Assembly (NCBI GenBank): GCA_951406725.2
Contig: OX597829.1
Location: forward strand, 53,692,001-53,756,000
From: Octopus vulgaris
Lineage: Eukaryota
Length of the DNA stretch: 64,000 bases
Direction: 5' to 3'
The notes beneath the pieces were generated by a model. That model worked only from the letters and a program-made list of their open reading frames with translations. It had not been told where the DNA came from and did no database searches. The stretch's first letter is position 1; every line of letters starts with the position of its first letter. The position numbers were made by a program, and so were the translations under genes. Shown piece by piece: positions 39,828 through 52,479 of this stretch.

Positions 39828-40482
39828 CTAGCATTAAAGACCCGTCGTTGCCGGGTCATAGTGCTAGTGCATGCATATATGTGTATATATATGTGTACAT
39901 ATTACATGTACATCTATATATATACATCTACACGTAAAATACAAAATACAAAGTTATATATTGATATCGCTAGTTATAACAATACTCAAAATATATAACA
40001 GACTGGAATTGTTAGCCCATCTCTTGTAATTTCGATCAATTGTATCTTGTCCTCCCTCTTGTATAGAAGTGTGGCTACAATCCACAATTTTTTCCGGGAC
40101 GTCCTACATCCCAGATATAAAGGTAAGAATAAAATATTTCCACTTTGCAAATTTGAGTCAAGTACTCCCTTACACGCTCCGTTGACTCGAACCTTGCTTC
40201 TATTGTGACGAATTTACCGCCTCTGATTAGATACCTTTCATAGTCGCACCAAGACACTTTTCGAAGGTGCTTTCCTCCATGTGTTCAAATCTTTTTTCAC
40301 TACATTGTATACTTTATAGACAATAGTCTTTTCTTTAATTTAATTTTTGCCGATGACACTCCCCGTACCCTAAGTTAGGCATGCGTAAAATTTGAATGAA
40401 ATTGGTTGTGTAGTTCTCAAGTTTTAGGGAAACACACAGACAGACAGACAGACACACATTCTCAGTTTTATATATATAAAGA
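39828..40482 (-). mobile_element. Non-autonomous Helitron-like element
   Basis: Minus strand starts TCtttatatatataaaactg (like 17424), has (GTCT)n, ends with hairpin gacccggcaacgacgggtc and CTAG. Confidence 0.7.
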
Positions 40483-40500
40483 TATATATATATATATATA

Positions 40501-40708
40501 TCAAACTAAGCAACAAGGATATCCAGAGGTAATGCAGTATGATCGTTTCATGCAACTCCATTTAATTGAACAATGCAATCATTTCATTACATCAATTTAA
40601 AATGTAGAACATTTTAAATGATGTAATGATTTCATTGTTCAATTAAATGGAGTTGCATGAAACGATTGTACTGCATTACCTATGGATATCTTTGTTGCCT
40701 ATTTTGAT
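40501..40708. repeat. ~200-bp near-perfect palindrome in (TA)n context
   Basis: ggatatccagaggtaatgcagta.gatcgtttcatgcaactccatttaattgaacaatg mirrored around aaaatgtagaacatttt. Confidence 0.85.
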
Positions 40709-40860
40709 TTTAATCACCTTACTTTGAAATTGTATGGATAATACCGTACTAAATTCTGGTGCCTCAACTTAAGTACCATATCCATATATATATATATCAA
40801 TGTACAGGTGAGGATATAAACCTTGGGTATGCCTGCATTATTATTATTATTATTATTATT

Positions 40861-41397
40861 GAGTGAGAGAGCAGTTCATGCCATCAAAGTGACACTGGGG
40901 TAAAATATACGAAGCCCAATATACCCATCATGACTACCCGTCTGATAAAGGTACACCAGGCACATGCATCACAACCCTATGCGCGCAACATGATGGTCTC
41001 ATATCAAGATAAACAGCACATGACCTTGCAGGTGGGGCCCAATTAGAATTTTCTTCAGGTTGAGTAGCTCATCCCACTCAAAAGGTCCCTGAATAAGGGT
41101 TGCTTTAGGATGTTGAACGAAACACCTATGTTTCCAGAGGTGAATTATTCAAACTCCAAAGAATCCCTCTCAACACATGGCCATGATGCTCCCCCACTAC
41201 TTCTGCTCGTGATCAGAGATGCACATATCGTCAGCCACTAAGGGACATGCTCAACTGGTTAAGGTCAAACAACTGACAAGCAAATCTGTGGTATTGAGCA
41301 GAATATTTGCTGTAGCCCATCTTTTATACCAAGACAAAACAATGTACATGATAACACTTCCAATCAGTTAAGATCAGAAGCCATGAGAGCCACTGCC

Positions 41398-41399
<2 letters not shown>
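40861..41399 (-). mobile_element. ~540-bp non-coding element embedded in (TTA)n, possibly Dong/R4-dependent
   Basis: Flanked on both sides by (TTA)n (40838-40860, 41400-41593); Dong elements are known to target TAA repeats; family and strand inferred. Confidence 0.4.
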
Positions 41400-41475
<76 letters not shown>

Positions 41476-41534
41476 CATTATTATTATTATTATTATTATT
41501 ATCATTATTATTATTATTATTATCATTATTATTA

Positions 41535-41593
<59 letters not shown>

Positions 41594-42631
41594 TATATTA
41601 GTTTATGACTATAACTATTTTTTAGATAACTGTATCTATTTTTATTAATGTATATATATTTTAACTTTAATGGTACACTGTATTCTTCCTTTTCAATGTT
41701 TCCATTATGCTTTAAATATGATAAATTTCTTTGTACATTCTTCCTTAGAGATATTCTCACTTGTAGTAATTAAATAAATTGATTTAGTCAAATTAAATTA
41801 AGCATTGGCTGATTTTTATGTTGCATGTGATGAAGTGAAACAATTGTAGGTCTGATATAATAATGTATTAATGAACTTTTATTAATCTTATCTTCATCTT
41901 CTCTCTTGCTTTTGAATAATAATAATAATAATTATATATATATATATAGCCCCGTGCTGGTGGCACATAAAAAACACCATCTGTTCGTGGCCATTTGCCA
42001 GCTCTGTCTGGCACCTGTGCGGGTGGCACGTAAAAAGCACCCACTACACTCACAGAGTGGTTGGCATTAGGAAGGGCATCCAGCCATAGAAACACTGCCA
42101 GATCTGACTGGGCCTGATGCAGCCTTCTGGCTTCACAGACCCCAGTTGAACCGTCCAACCCATGCTAGCATGGAAAGCGGACGCTAAATGATGATGATGA
42201 TGATGATGATGATATATATATATATATGAGACAAGTATATCTAGCCAAAGGAGAAGCAGAATAGAAGTTTGCCAGTGTTCAGCACCATGAGGACCAACGA
42301 ACTGAATTATTTCATATTGCAAGACAGTGTGACAGAAAATTGTGAAGTCATAGGAGAGAAATGTGTATATATGGCTGATGGTGCCCTTGCATTTAATGAT
42401 TCTGCAAAGAAAGAGGCTTGGAAATGCCACTATGAAAGACTGTTGAATGTGGAGAATGAATGGGAGGAGGAGAGTCTGCCAAATGTTGACCCAACTGAGG
42501 AACCAGCTATCCGAATTGACAGTACCCAGGTAGATAAAGCAATTAAGAATATGAAGACAGGGAAAGCCCCTGGCCTATCCAAGATCACAACTGAGATGCT
42601 TAAAATATCTGGTGGTGTGGGCTATGGCTTA

Positions 42632-43661
42632 TATAATAATAATAATAATAATAATTGTGTACAGTGCTCAGGTGCACTACAACTCATCTAAAGTGTATAT
42701 ATAATCAGGTGTAGTTTCAGCAGATTTCGGAAAGCATGAGGGCCTTAAAAGATGCAGTGTCATGGCAGTCAACAACTGACGCAGGCAGTTTATTCCATGC
42801 TTCAGCAACTCTGAGCGTGAAAAAATGTTTCCGAAAGTCATGGGAGCTGTATTGTTTTCTGACTTTGTAGGCATGTCCACGTGTGTTAGACACATGGAGA
42901 TCAAAAAGGTGTTCAGTGTTGTTGTTGGTGAGGTGGTTGATAACTTTGTGGGTGTTTACCAAGTCCGTCGCCAAACGCCGGAGCTTCAGTGAATCCATGC
43001 CCAGGGAAACAAGGCGCTCAGAATATGGTAGGTGTCTGATGGAGGGTATGCGTTTGGTTGCACGTCTCTGGACAGATTCCAGGAGGTCAATGTTCTGTGC
43101 AAGATAGGGGTTCCAAACTGATGATGCGAATTCCAAGTGTGGTCGTACCATAGCTGTATACAGTTTTAAATAGATGGCTGGAGAGCGGCTAACAAAAGAC
43201 CTGCTGAGTGATGCCAAGACACCCTCGGCCTTCCTGACAATCTTAGAGATATGCTTTGACCAACGCAAATCACTGCTGACAGTGATGCCTAGGTCACGCT
43301 CGCAAGAGGATTTCTTGATATCAGTGTTGTGGAGGGAGTATGTGAACGCAGGGTTTTTTCTCCCAAAATGCATGGTGGTACACTTGTCCACAGCCAGTTT
43401 CAGTTGCCAGTCTGTGATCCATTGCTGCATTGTGTCTAGGTCTGATTGCAGGAAAGAGTTGTAGACATCAGGATCTGTCCTCTTGATTTCAAGGTACAGC
43501 TTGATGTCGTCTGCATATTTCAATACTGTGGCATTCTTTAAATTGGCATCTATGTCGTTAATGTATGCCACAAACAAGAGGGGACCAAGGACAGATCCCT
43601 GTGGTACACCCGATGACATCTCATATGGTGTAGAGTGCTGTCCTAGAACTGTGACTACCTC
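42632..43661 (-). mobile_element. 5'-truncated CR1-like LINE nested in the RTE
   Basis: (TTA)n tail; host frame GGVGYGL|VTHI resumes after the insert; CTTA duplicated (42628-42631, 43662-43665). Confidence 0.9.
42717..43661 (-). CDS. CR1-like reverse transcriptase, C-terminal half, uninterrupted frame
   Basis: GVPQGSVLGPLLF, YADD, ERDLG, VRPHLEFASSVWNPY, LESVQRRATKRI, TRGH; no stops over ~314 codons; no native start. Confidence 0.85.
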   Translation of the reverse strand, partial: EVVTVLGQHSTPYEMSSGVPQGSVLGPLLFVAYINDIDANLKNATVLKYADDIKLYLEIKRTDPDVYNSFLQSDLDTMQQWITDWQLKLAVDKCTTMHFGRKNPAFTYSLHNTDIKKSSCERDLGITVSSDLRWSKHISKIVRKAEGVLASLSRSFVSRSPAIYLKLYTAMVRPHLEFASSVWNPYLAQNIDLLESVQRRATKRIPSIRHLPYSERLVSLGMDSLKLRRLATDLVNTHKVINHLTNNNTEHLFDLHVSNTRGHAYKVRKQYSSHDFRKHFFTLRVAEAWNKLPASVVDCHDTASFKALMLSEIC

Positions 43662-45763
43662 CTTAGTCACCCATATTGTAAAACAGGTGGTTCATGAAGG
43701 AGTTGTACCCAATGACTGGTGCAGCAGCACCATAGTCAACTGCTACAAGGATAAAGGTGATGCCTTAGATAGAAATAATTACAGGGGTATCAAATTATTG
43801 GATCAGGTGATGAAAGTTACAGAGAGGATCATAGCCCAACTAATTAAGGAGAGAGTTAGCCTAGATGAGATGCAGTTTGGTTTTGTGCCAGGTAGAAGCA
43901 CCATTGATTCTATATTTCTGGTAAGACAATTGTAAGAGAAATACCTAGCCAAAGATAAACCTCTGTACTTGGCTTTTGTTGACTTGGAGAAAGCTTTTGA
44001 CAGAGTCCCCAATCCATTATCTGGTAGTCAATTCGGAAACTAGGGATAGACGAGTGGTTGGTAAGAGCTGTACAAGCCTTGTGGAGGGACATTATCAGGA
44101 AGGTGAGAGTAGACAATGGGTACTGTGAAGAGTTCAGAGTACAATTAGGGGTTCTCCAAGGATCAATGCTCAGACCCCTCTTGTTCATCATCCAGGCAAT
44201 AACAGGGGAATTTAAGACAGGATGCTTAACTGATGCTGATGACTTTACTTTTATAGCTGAATCATTACCTGAGCAAAAGAAGTTCCTGGTATGGAAACAA
44301 AGTCTATAATCAAAGGGCCTTAGAGTTAACCTAGCCAAAACCAAAGTCATAGTGAGTAGGAAAGCAGATGAATCACAAATCCCTTCAGGTAGATGGCCCT
44401 GCTCAAGCTGTAGAAAAGATGTAGGTAGAAACTCCATAAGATGTACCCAGTGTAAGCTATGGACACATGAGAGGTGCAGCAATATCAAAGGAAGGCTAAC
44501 TGGGAAGATAGTTTTTGTGTATGGCAGATGCACAGGGGCAATAAACACTGAAGATGTACAGAAAATAGACTCCATCAACTGCCAGGGGGGGAAAGCTAGA
44601 GGTAGTAGATAGCTTCCAGTATCTAGGCAACCAGGTTACTAGTGGAGGTAGTTGTTCCAAGAGTGTAGCTGTGAGAATAAGAATAGGATGGATAAAGTTC
44701 AGAGAGCTCCTACTCCTGCTGGCAACAAAGGGCCTCTCTCTCAGAGTGAAAGGCAGATTGTTTGATGCCTATGTGCATGGCAGTGAAACATGGGATATGA
44801 CTGCTGAGGACATGCGTAGGCTTGAGAGAAATGAAGCCAGTAGGCTTAGCTGGATGTGCAATGTCAGTGTGCATGTTTGACAGAGTGTAAGCATCTTGAG
44901 AGAAAAGTTAGGAATCCGATGTGGTATGGAAGAGAGACAACTGCACTGGTATGGTCATGTGTTGTATATGGATGAGGACAGTTGTGTAAAGAAGTGCCAA
45001 TCTCTAACTGTGGAAGGGACCTGTGGTAGAGATAGACCCAGGAAGACATGGGATGAGGCAGTAAAGCATGACTTCTAACTTTGAACCTCACAGAGGCAAT
45101 GACTAGTGACTGAGACCTTTGGTGATATGCTTTGCTTAAGAGGATCCATCAAGCTAAGTGTACCTGTGCTGGTGGCACATAAAAAAATTAACTTTTGAAT
45201 GTTGTGTCTCACTGAGGCAAAGTGGCTGAGCACCTTTGGAGTGTTGGGCCTTATGGAGGTGAGGTGGCTAAGTTCTTTTCAAGTACTGGACCTCATGGAG
45301 GCAAAGTGGAAGAGCTTCTGGGCTGCATGGAAGCAAATTGGCTGAGTTCCTTTTGAGTGTTGGGCCTCATGGAGGCGAGGTGGCTGAATTTCTTTTGAGC
45401 ACTGGGCTTTACCGAGGCAGTGACCAAGACCTTTGGCATTATGTCATGCTTGAGAAAAAGACCCATCAAGCAGAGCAAAATTGCAGTCGTGGCAGATACC
45501 AGTGTCATGTAAATGGCACCTGTGTCACTGGCATTTAAAAGCACCCATTACACTCTCAGAGGAGTTGGCATTAAGAAGGGCATCCAGTCATAGAAAACTA
45601 TGACAAATCAGACTGGAGTCTGGTGTAGCCTTCCAGTGTTCCAGCCCGGTCAAACCATCCAACCCATGCCAGCATGGACAATGGACATTAAATGATGATC
45701 ATGGTGATGATAATGATGGTGATGATGATGATGATGATGATGATACACATATATATATATATC

Positions 45764-46654
45764 TACTGGGTGCGGTGAATAAACTGTCATCCAAATTATG
45801 CAAGAACGAAAAAACACTGATATCTCATTTTAACAGATATATTTGCCAAAATCAGATAAAAATATTTTGAAATACTAAAGAGTAAATTTGTTTAATGAAA
45901 TCGCCATTTGCTTCAACCATAACCTCCAGACAACTTGGGAATCTCCTGCAACTCTTCTGGACAGTCTCTTTGTTTAAGTTGGTGAATACTGCCATAATCC
46001 TTGCCTTCAGTTCATCTTTGGTGTTACAAGGAGTTTTGTTGGTCTCTCTTTCAATTGCACCCTACATGTAATAATGAAGAGGGTTGCAGTCTCGGAAGTT
46101 AGGTGGCCAGATGTTGGGGGTGATGTGGTCACAGAAATTGTCTGACAGCCATGACTGGGTTCTCCTGCTTGTGTGGCATGGTGCAGAGCCCTGTTGCCAG
46201 ACATAGCATCTTCCAACAGCCACCCTCTTCACCCTAGGCAACATTACCTCCTCCAGACACTTGATGAAGGCCTCCATGTTGAGTCTGTGACTGTGTGGGA
46301 AGATAAATGGAGGCATAACTTCACCATCGCTAGTGATCACTCCAAACACCATGATGTTGTTTGAATGTTTGATTTTTACCACTCTCGGTACATGTCCTCA
46401 GATTGCACTGTCCACAGATTGACACCCAAACACTCTGAAATGTTCGTGTTGAAGCTTCTGGCACAAATGCAAAACAGTACAGTATGTTCTTTCCAAATTT
46501 CTGGCAGAATGAATCGCATTATAGTTTTTTTTTCTTATAAACAGTGCCCAACTGACCCTACTATACTGTGTAGTCGACAAAATCAAAAACAAACAATGCA
46601 CATGCACAAAATAAAAAATATAAAATGGAGACAATCTACCCGTTGCACCCTGTG
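45764..46654 (-). mobile_element. Tc1/mariner (maT/DD37D-like) deleted transposon
   Basis: MVFGVITSDGEVMPPFIF, YVWQQGSAPCH, WPPNFRDCNPLHYY; ends tactgggtgcgg / ttgcaccctgtg. Confidence 0.8.
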
Positions 46655-47182
46655 TATTATTTAAAACAGCTTCGTTCTGTCTTAGATAATAAATGTAACT
46701 CCTACTAAATGTGTTGAGTGCCTGAGTGACCTTTTCTTTCATTTTTCCACTCACATTATTGTATATCTACGTGGCGCGTGGACCACTACAAGGCAGAAGC
46801 TCTCCGCCAACTCCAAGACACCTCCTTCTCCTGCCCTCTGCCCTCCGACACCACGCCCAGCTACCAACAGATTGTGTCCTCTGCTATCCATGTACATCAA
46901 ATAAAAAGCAAATGGAAATTGTAGTCGTGATACCTGTGCCAGTGGCACGTAAAAAGCACCATCCGAATATGGCCAATGTTTGCCATGTGGTATTTTCCAA
47001 CTAATTGTTACCCATACACTAACATTAAACCACAACGCCATGTGATCTTCTTTGACCAATCACAGCCCACCTTACAATAATAACAATCAATTTATGTCAC
47101 TCAAATTCAAAATGGTTTACAACTAGCATCACGCTTGAAACTCAAGAATACCAATGAATTTGAATCAAACAGCTTTAATCTA

Positions 47183-47285
<103 letters not shown>

Positions 47286-47300
47286 ATGTATGTATGTATG

Positions 47301-47331
<31 letters not shown>

Positions 47332-47427
47332 GTATGTGTATATATGTATGTATGTATGTATTTATGTTTGTATGCATGTATGTATTGCAATAAATACAGA
47401 AAATGTATTTGATGTTTAAAATTTTAT

Positions 47428-47500
47428 AAAACATACACATGTTTCAGTAAGTCAAATGACAAGATTACACAGTCTTATCAGTGTACCTCATCAGAGTTTT
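47428..47500 (-). ncRNA. Hammerhead motif with extended stem II region
   Basis: aaaacu-CUGAUGA-GGUA...UACU-GAAAC-augu-GUA-uguuuu. Confidence 0.55.
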
Positions 47501-50301
47501 GGCAAAGAATACCAAGTGTAATGTAAAGATCATTCCTTATATATTCTTGTTATGCAAATTAACTATGACATCAATGGAGTATTGGAATACAGGGTAACAG
47601 AGTGGTTAGCAATAGAATATAGTAAGTAGAAAATAGAAGATTGAAGCAAGGAGAGTGATAGAGGCCATGGCTTCTCTTACATACTCAGGCAGATACTGAT
47701 ACATATGTACACTCAGACTTAAAAGCATTCATATATATACACAATATAAAGAAGAGAAGGAAAAGAGATAATCCCAAAGCAATGTAAACTCAGTGACAAA
47801 GACAGCAACAACAATAACAACAACAGCCATAACAACAATGACAATAGTTGAGAATTAAACAATTAATAGGCCAAAAGATAGTTCTGTTGATAGAATATGA
47901 ACTGTTGACTTTTTGGGTTGGCAGATCAACAACCTAGAGGACGGTTGTCGTTATCACTAGCTTCCTAATTGGTTTGGAATACACTTATTTTTTACGCTAA
48001 TTATTAACTTGTTAACAATCAAGGTATCTATTAGATATTTCAGTGTTGACCCAGATATTTATTAAATTTGGAAAGACGCCATAAAAGTGTTGGAATTATT
48101 TTTATGATTATTAATCTACAGATCAATTAGAGATTTTGCGCAGATAATGATTATCAAATGTTCAACTTGCAATTATATTGCAAAAGATATTTCTCATTAC
48201 AGTAAGAGAGAGAGAGAGTATGCAAATATACATGAATGTGTTTGTGGATGTATGTGTGCATGTGTGTGTGTGTATGTGTGTGTGTGTGCACGTGCATGTG
48301 TGTGTATTGGCGTGTGTATGCAGGTATACATGAGTATGTGTTTGTGAATGTGCATGTGGACATGTGTGTGTGTGTGTGTATCTATTATGAAACCCTTCTG
48401 TACTTATTCTAAAACACGCCTGAAATAAATTGATGCTTAATTCCAGTTATTATATACTTAGCTCAAACTAAATCAATGTTTCGTTAGAAAGATGAGACGC
48501 TGCTGTATGGCTGGCTTACAGTGCAAACATTATTAGATTAGTTGGAAAGTAATTCATCAATGGATCCATCGATGGAAAGAAGCGCTAAAGTGGACATCTA
48601 AAGAAAAACTTTGATAATAGATACAGATAACAGATAATAGATAATAAGACAAAGAGTCGAAGAAGCAGGAGTGAAAAGAGGAGAGGTGGGAAGTTGAAAG
48701 GAAAAGTAAAAAGACATTTTTAAAAGATGTGGGAGTGAGAAATAATAACAAGGGTTAAAATACAAGCTTAAAATCTTTTATGTAAGAGTAGATGATATTT
48801 CTAGGTACATTAGCTATGAGATAAACATTAACTGAATTATTGTTAAATTTCATTCAAAGGTGAGTGTAATCTTTTAATTATATTAGTTAATTAGACAAAA
48901 TCAGCAGTGATAGTTGTTCTTTTATCCCTTAAACTGGAAAATGAGAATTGGTGAGTGAGATGGTTCAGTGTGGATAGACACAGACTTTTCAACGTGACTG
49001 ACCGTCCTCAAACATTTATGATCTCTTTCTTAACTCTGAGCCCAACTTTTACTCTGGTTTCAACTTTCCTGTACTCATTAGGTTTATGTTAACTTACTGG
49101 TTGAAGACCTGCCAATTCTATGCCGATATCTCTTTGCAATAAATATGCACCATTCTGATCTGTCTGAGACAGCTAAAGAAGTAACTGTTACCACCCAGTT
49201 TGGTTTGTCCCTTACAACATCACAAAGTACTTAATCCCAAAACTGTTTACAAATGGAAGGAGTCACCAACCATGTTCCCATTCTAATTTGTGTACATGTG
49301 CATGTACATACACGGAAATGAAAAAAGAAAAGAAGACGGAATCATGTTTATTTTCTTAATTGAAGAAATTTGAGCAATAGTTAGTCATATGAATGTGCAT
49401 AAACTTTGCAAAGAAAGACAAAAATATGCAGACAATTTCTGTATATTTCTACCACAAAAAGAACTACAGGGAATATTCATCACCGATCTTCAGCTACAAG
49501 ATACTGTTGCTCGCAGAATAACTACTCTTTCAGGCAAACAAGAAAGAAAGTAATGGTTGTAACACAACTTGCAAATTCTCTCATCTCCAAACCAGTAACA
49601 AAACCTTTTGGCCCATTATCAAGAAAGTCTTTGAAGAATTCTCCCCAGATAAATATAAAGAGAAAATTTAAGAACAAAAAGAAAAAAAGATGAAGAAGTT
49701 TAACAGAAAACTTCAGTTCCAGTTAAAATAAAGAAAATACCAAGTGTAATGAAAACTTGTACAAGCCCAGTTGAAAGTATTTTACAGCTAGAAATGCAGA
49801 AAAGGTCAGCAGTAACCAAATCCTTCCTATATCAACAACCAACCAGAGAAAAGGGCTGAGGGAGTATTACGAAAGTAAAATGGCAGGACCACATGTGACA
49901 GGGTAAAGTATAAAATGTATGTATGTACGTATGTGTGTGTGTATATATGTATGTGTGTATGTGCATGTATGTGTATGTATGTATGTGTGTGTGTATGTAT
50001 GTATGTGTGCATATGTATGTGTGTATGTGTATGTATGTGTATGTATGTATGTGTGTATGTATGTATGTATGTGTGCGTATGTATGTATGAATGTATGTAT
50101 GAATGTCTGTATATGTATGTATTTATGTATGTGTGCGTATGTATGTGTATGTATGTATGTGTGTGTACGTATGTATGTATGTGTGTGTATGTGTGTATGT
50201 ATGTGTGTGTGTATGAATGTATGTATGCATGTGTGTATTCATTGTGTATGTACATATGTGAGTGTGTATATATTATAATATATATATTATATATATATAT
50301 A

Positions 50302-51010
50302 CATCATCATCATCATCGTCATCATCATCATCATCATCACCATCCATGGAATTGGATGGCTTGACAGGAGCTGATGGTTGGAGAGCTGTCCAGACTCTAA
50401 CTGTCTGTTTTGGCATGGTTTCTATGGCTCGTTGCCCTTCCTAATGCCAACCACTTTACATGCCACTAGCACAAGTGCATTTTATGTGGTACCGGCACCT
50501 GCAAGTAAAAGACCTTTCAGCTGGGAATGGGAGTGGAGACGTGGCCATAAAGGACACACTTGTATGTATGGATGGCCACGATTCTACTTAGCTTGACATG
50601 ATGGGATGGGTTGGATGGTTTGACCAGGGCTGGTCAGCTGGAAGGCTGCACCAGGCTTCAGTATGATTTGGCAGTGTTTCTACAGCTCAATGCCCTTCCT
50701 AATGCCAACCACTCCAAAAGTGTAATCGGTGATTTTATGTGCCACTAGCATAGGTGTCATTTGTGTGACACTGGTATCTGCCATGAGTGATTTTATTCAG
50801 TGTGATGGGTCTTTTTCTCAAGCATGACATAATGCCAAAAGTCTTGAGCATTGCCTCTGAGAGGCCCAACACTCAAAAGGAACTCAGCCACTTTGCCTCC
50901 ATGAGGCCCAATGCTTGAAAGGAACTCACCTCCATGAGGCCCAACGCTTGAACGGAATTTGCCTCCATGAGGCTCAACGCTCGAAAGGAACTCAGTCACT
51001 TTGCCTCCAT
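50302..51010 (-). mobile_element. RTE 3' UTR fragments including the minisatellite
   Basis: Reverse complement of the 45190-45700 region. Confidence 0.75.
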
Positions 51011-51023
51011 GTATGTATGTATA

Positions 51024-51999
51024 TAGGAAGTTAAAAGTTACAGCCACTCATAAAGTGACAATTGGTCTCGCACCAATAAAGCACTTAGCAGTATAGGCAA
51101 CTCATCAGTTTCAAATGGCTGAAGGCACATAACCTTTCTACAACTGGAGGAAGAAATACGTAACGGTCAGTTGGTATTGTAAACAAAAAAATAATTGTCC
51201 ATGCTGTGAGTGGGATGGGGTTATCACCCTTACGTTGGCTCCAGGGTGGTGGTTTTTTGAAGGAGGTGTGGCAGGACTATTCAATGATGATGGTGAATGC
51301 CAAATCTGAAGTAGGAAACATTTTAGATGAGTGCATTGACTAAATACTTCTTTCCTGGAGTTCAAAAAGATCCCCAGGTCAAGCAAGTTGTTTAGGATTC
51401 TTGCTCTCTATGCTAAGCAAAGCTTACATCATTTGCTCCTGTTTATATAAGCATCCAGTTGCTCAAGTAGCTTCCATTTAATTATGTATGGTGTTCTGTC
51501 CCCTTTTAAGCACCATATGTGGCTGACCAAGGATGTGACATTGCATCTTTCCAGTATCCTAAAAAGGTACTTGTGGTTTTTCAGATGTTGCTCAAATGGG
51601 GGCATGGTTGAACTGACATATTTTCATGTCTGTGGATTGGACGTGTTACCACCACTGTTGTTACATTCGTTAACTTCAGGCCCAATGTTATTGTTGTTGT
51701 TGCTGGAGTTGCTGCCAGAAATTTCCGGATGTGATTCTGGTAGTTCCATTGCTGCTGCCATAGCAACTATATCCAGCCACAAAACTGGAGTTGCTGCTGC
51801 CATCATAACTGTTACCATTGCTGTCATTGCTGTTGCTTGGGCTGTTACTCTGGTCACTGTTGTCACCATTATGTATTTCTTCCTCCATCTGCAGAGAGGT
51901 TATGTGCCTTCAGCCATTTGAGTCAACTATACTGCTAAGCACTTTATAGGTGCTAAACCAATGGTCACTCTATAACTGGCCATAACTTTTAACTTCCTA
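51024..51999 (-). mobile_element. Truncated Penelope-like element with inverted pLTRs
   Basis: Inverted ~110-bp ends (51024-51137, 51897-51999); hammerhead motif 51052-51112; GIY-YIG relic inside. Confidence 0.85.
51301..51630 (-). pseudogene. PLE GIY-YIG endonuclease relic
   Basis: KYVSST..FEQHLKNHKYLFR...TSLVSHIWCLK...IKWKLL...*CKLCLA*..LNSRKEVFSQCTHLKCFLL. Confidence 0.85.
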
Positions 52000-52177
52000 A
52001 AAGAAATATATTATGCTCTAATGCGTGCACTCACACACGTTCACACACTCACACACACATACATACACATGTATATGTAAGCACATGCAAAAGTGTATAT
52101 AAATATGTATGCATATCTATGAATGTATACACACACATATGTATACATATATGTATGTATTTTATATATACACATAC

Positions 52178-52380
52178 TTTGGTTTTGTATCTGGCTTGCA
52201 AGATTCTTTATGTGAATTCGTGTGTTGAAGCAAATTATGTCATGTCTGGGGAGGGTCATATTGTCTTAATGCCTTATTATCTAACACACACACCGTTTCA
52301 ATTTCCACTCATTTATTATTTATAGTTTACTTCCAAAATTTTCATTACTTATGCAACTTTGTCAATGGCTGTTGACTCTG
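52178..52380 (-). mobile_element. pLTR-like fragment related to the ends of 6665-7165
   Basis: Shares ttgcaagatt...cgtgtgttgaagca and ttgc...gaaaatttt. Confidence 0.5.
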
Positions 52381-52479
52381 TCCATTATTCAATAACTCTA
52401 CTCACTATGTGTGTGAGTGAGTGCGTGCATGCATGTGTGTGTGTGTGTGTGTGTGTGATATATATATATATTTATAGCT

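Larger units (their letters stand above)
42230..45745 (+). mobile_element. RTE LINE (RT, PHD-like insert, minisatellite 3' UTR), interrupted
   Basis: KTGKAPG, NNYRGIKLL, QFGFVPGRST, DLEKAFD, GVLQGS, ADD, tail (GAT)n; stops and frameshifts. Confidence 0.92.

Noticed and set aside
49389-49693. Possible host exon
   Set aside because: Short open frames with no recognisable domain or convincing splice sites.
49827-50364. His/Tyr- and Cys/Val-rich ORFs (also near 8795, 11321, 20085, 47135)
   Set aside because: Translations of (TA)n, (TG)n and (TATG)n repeats.
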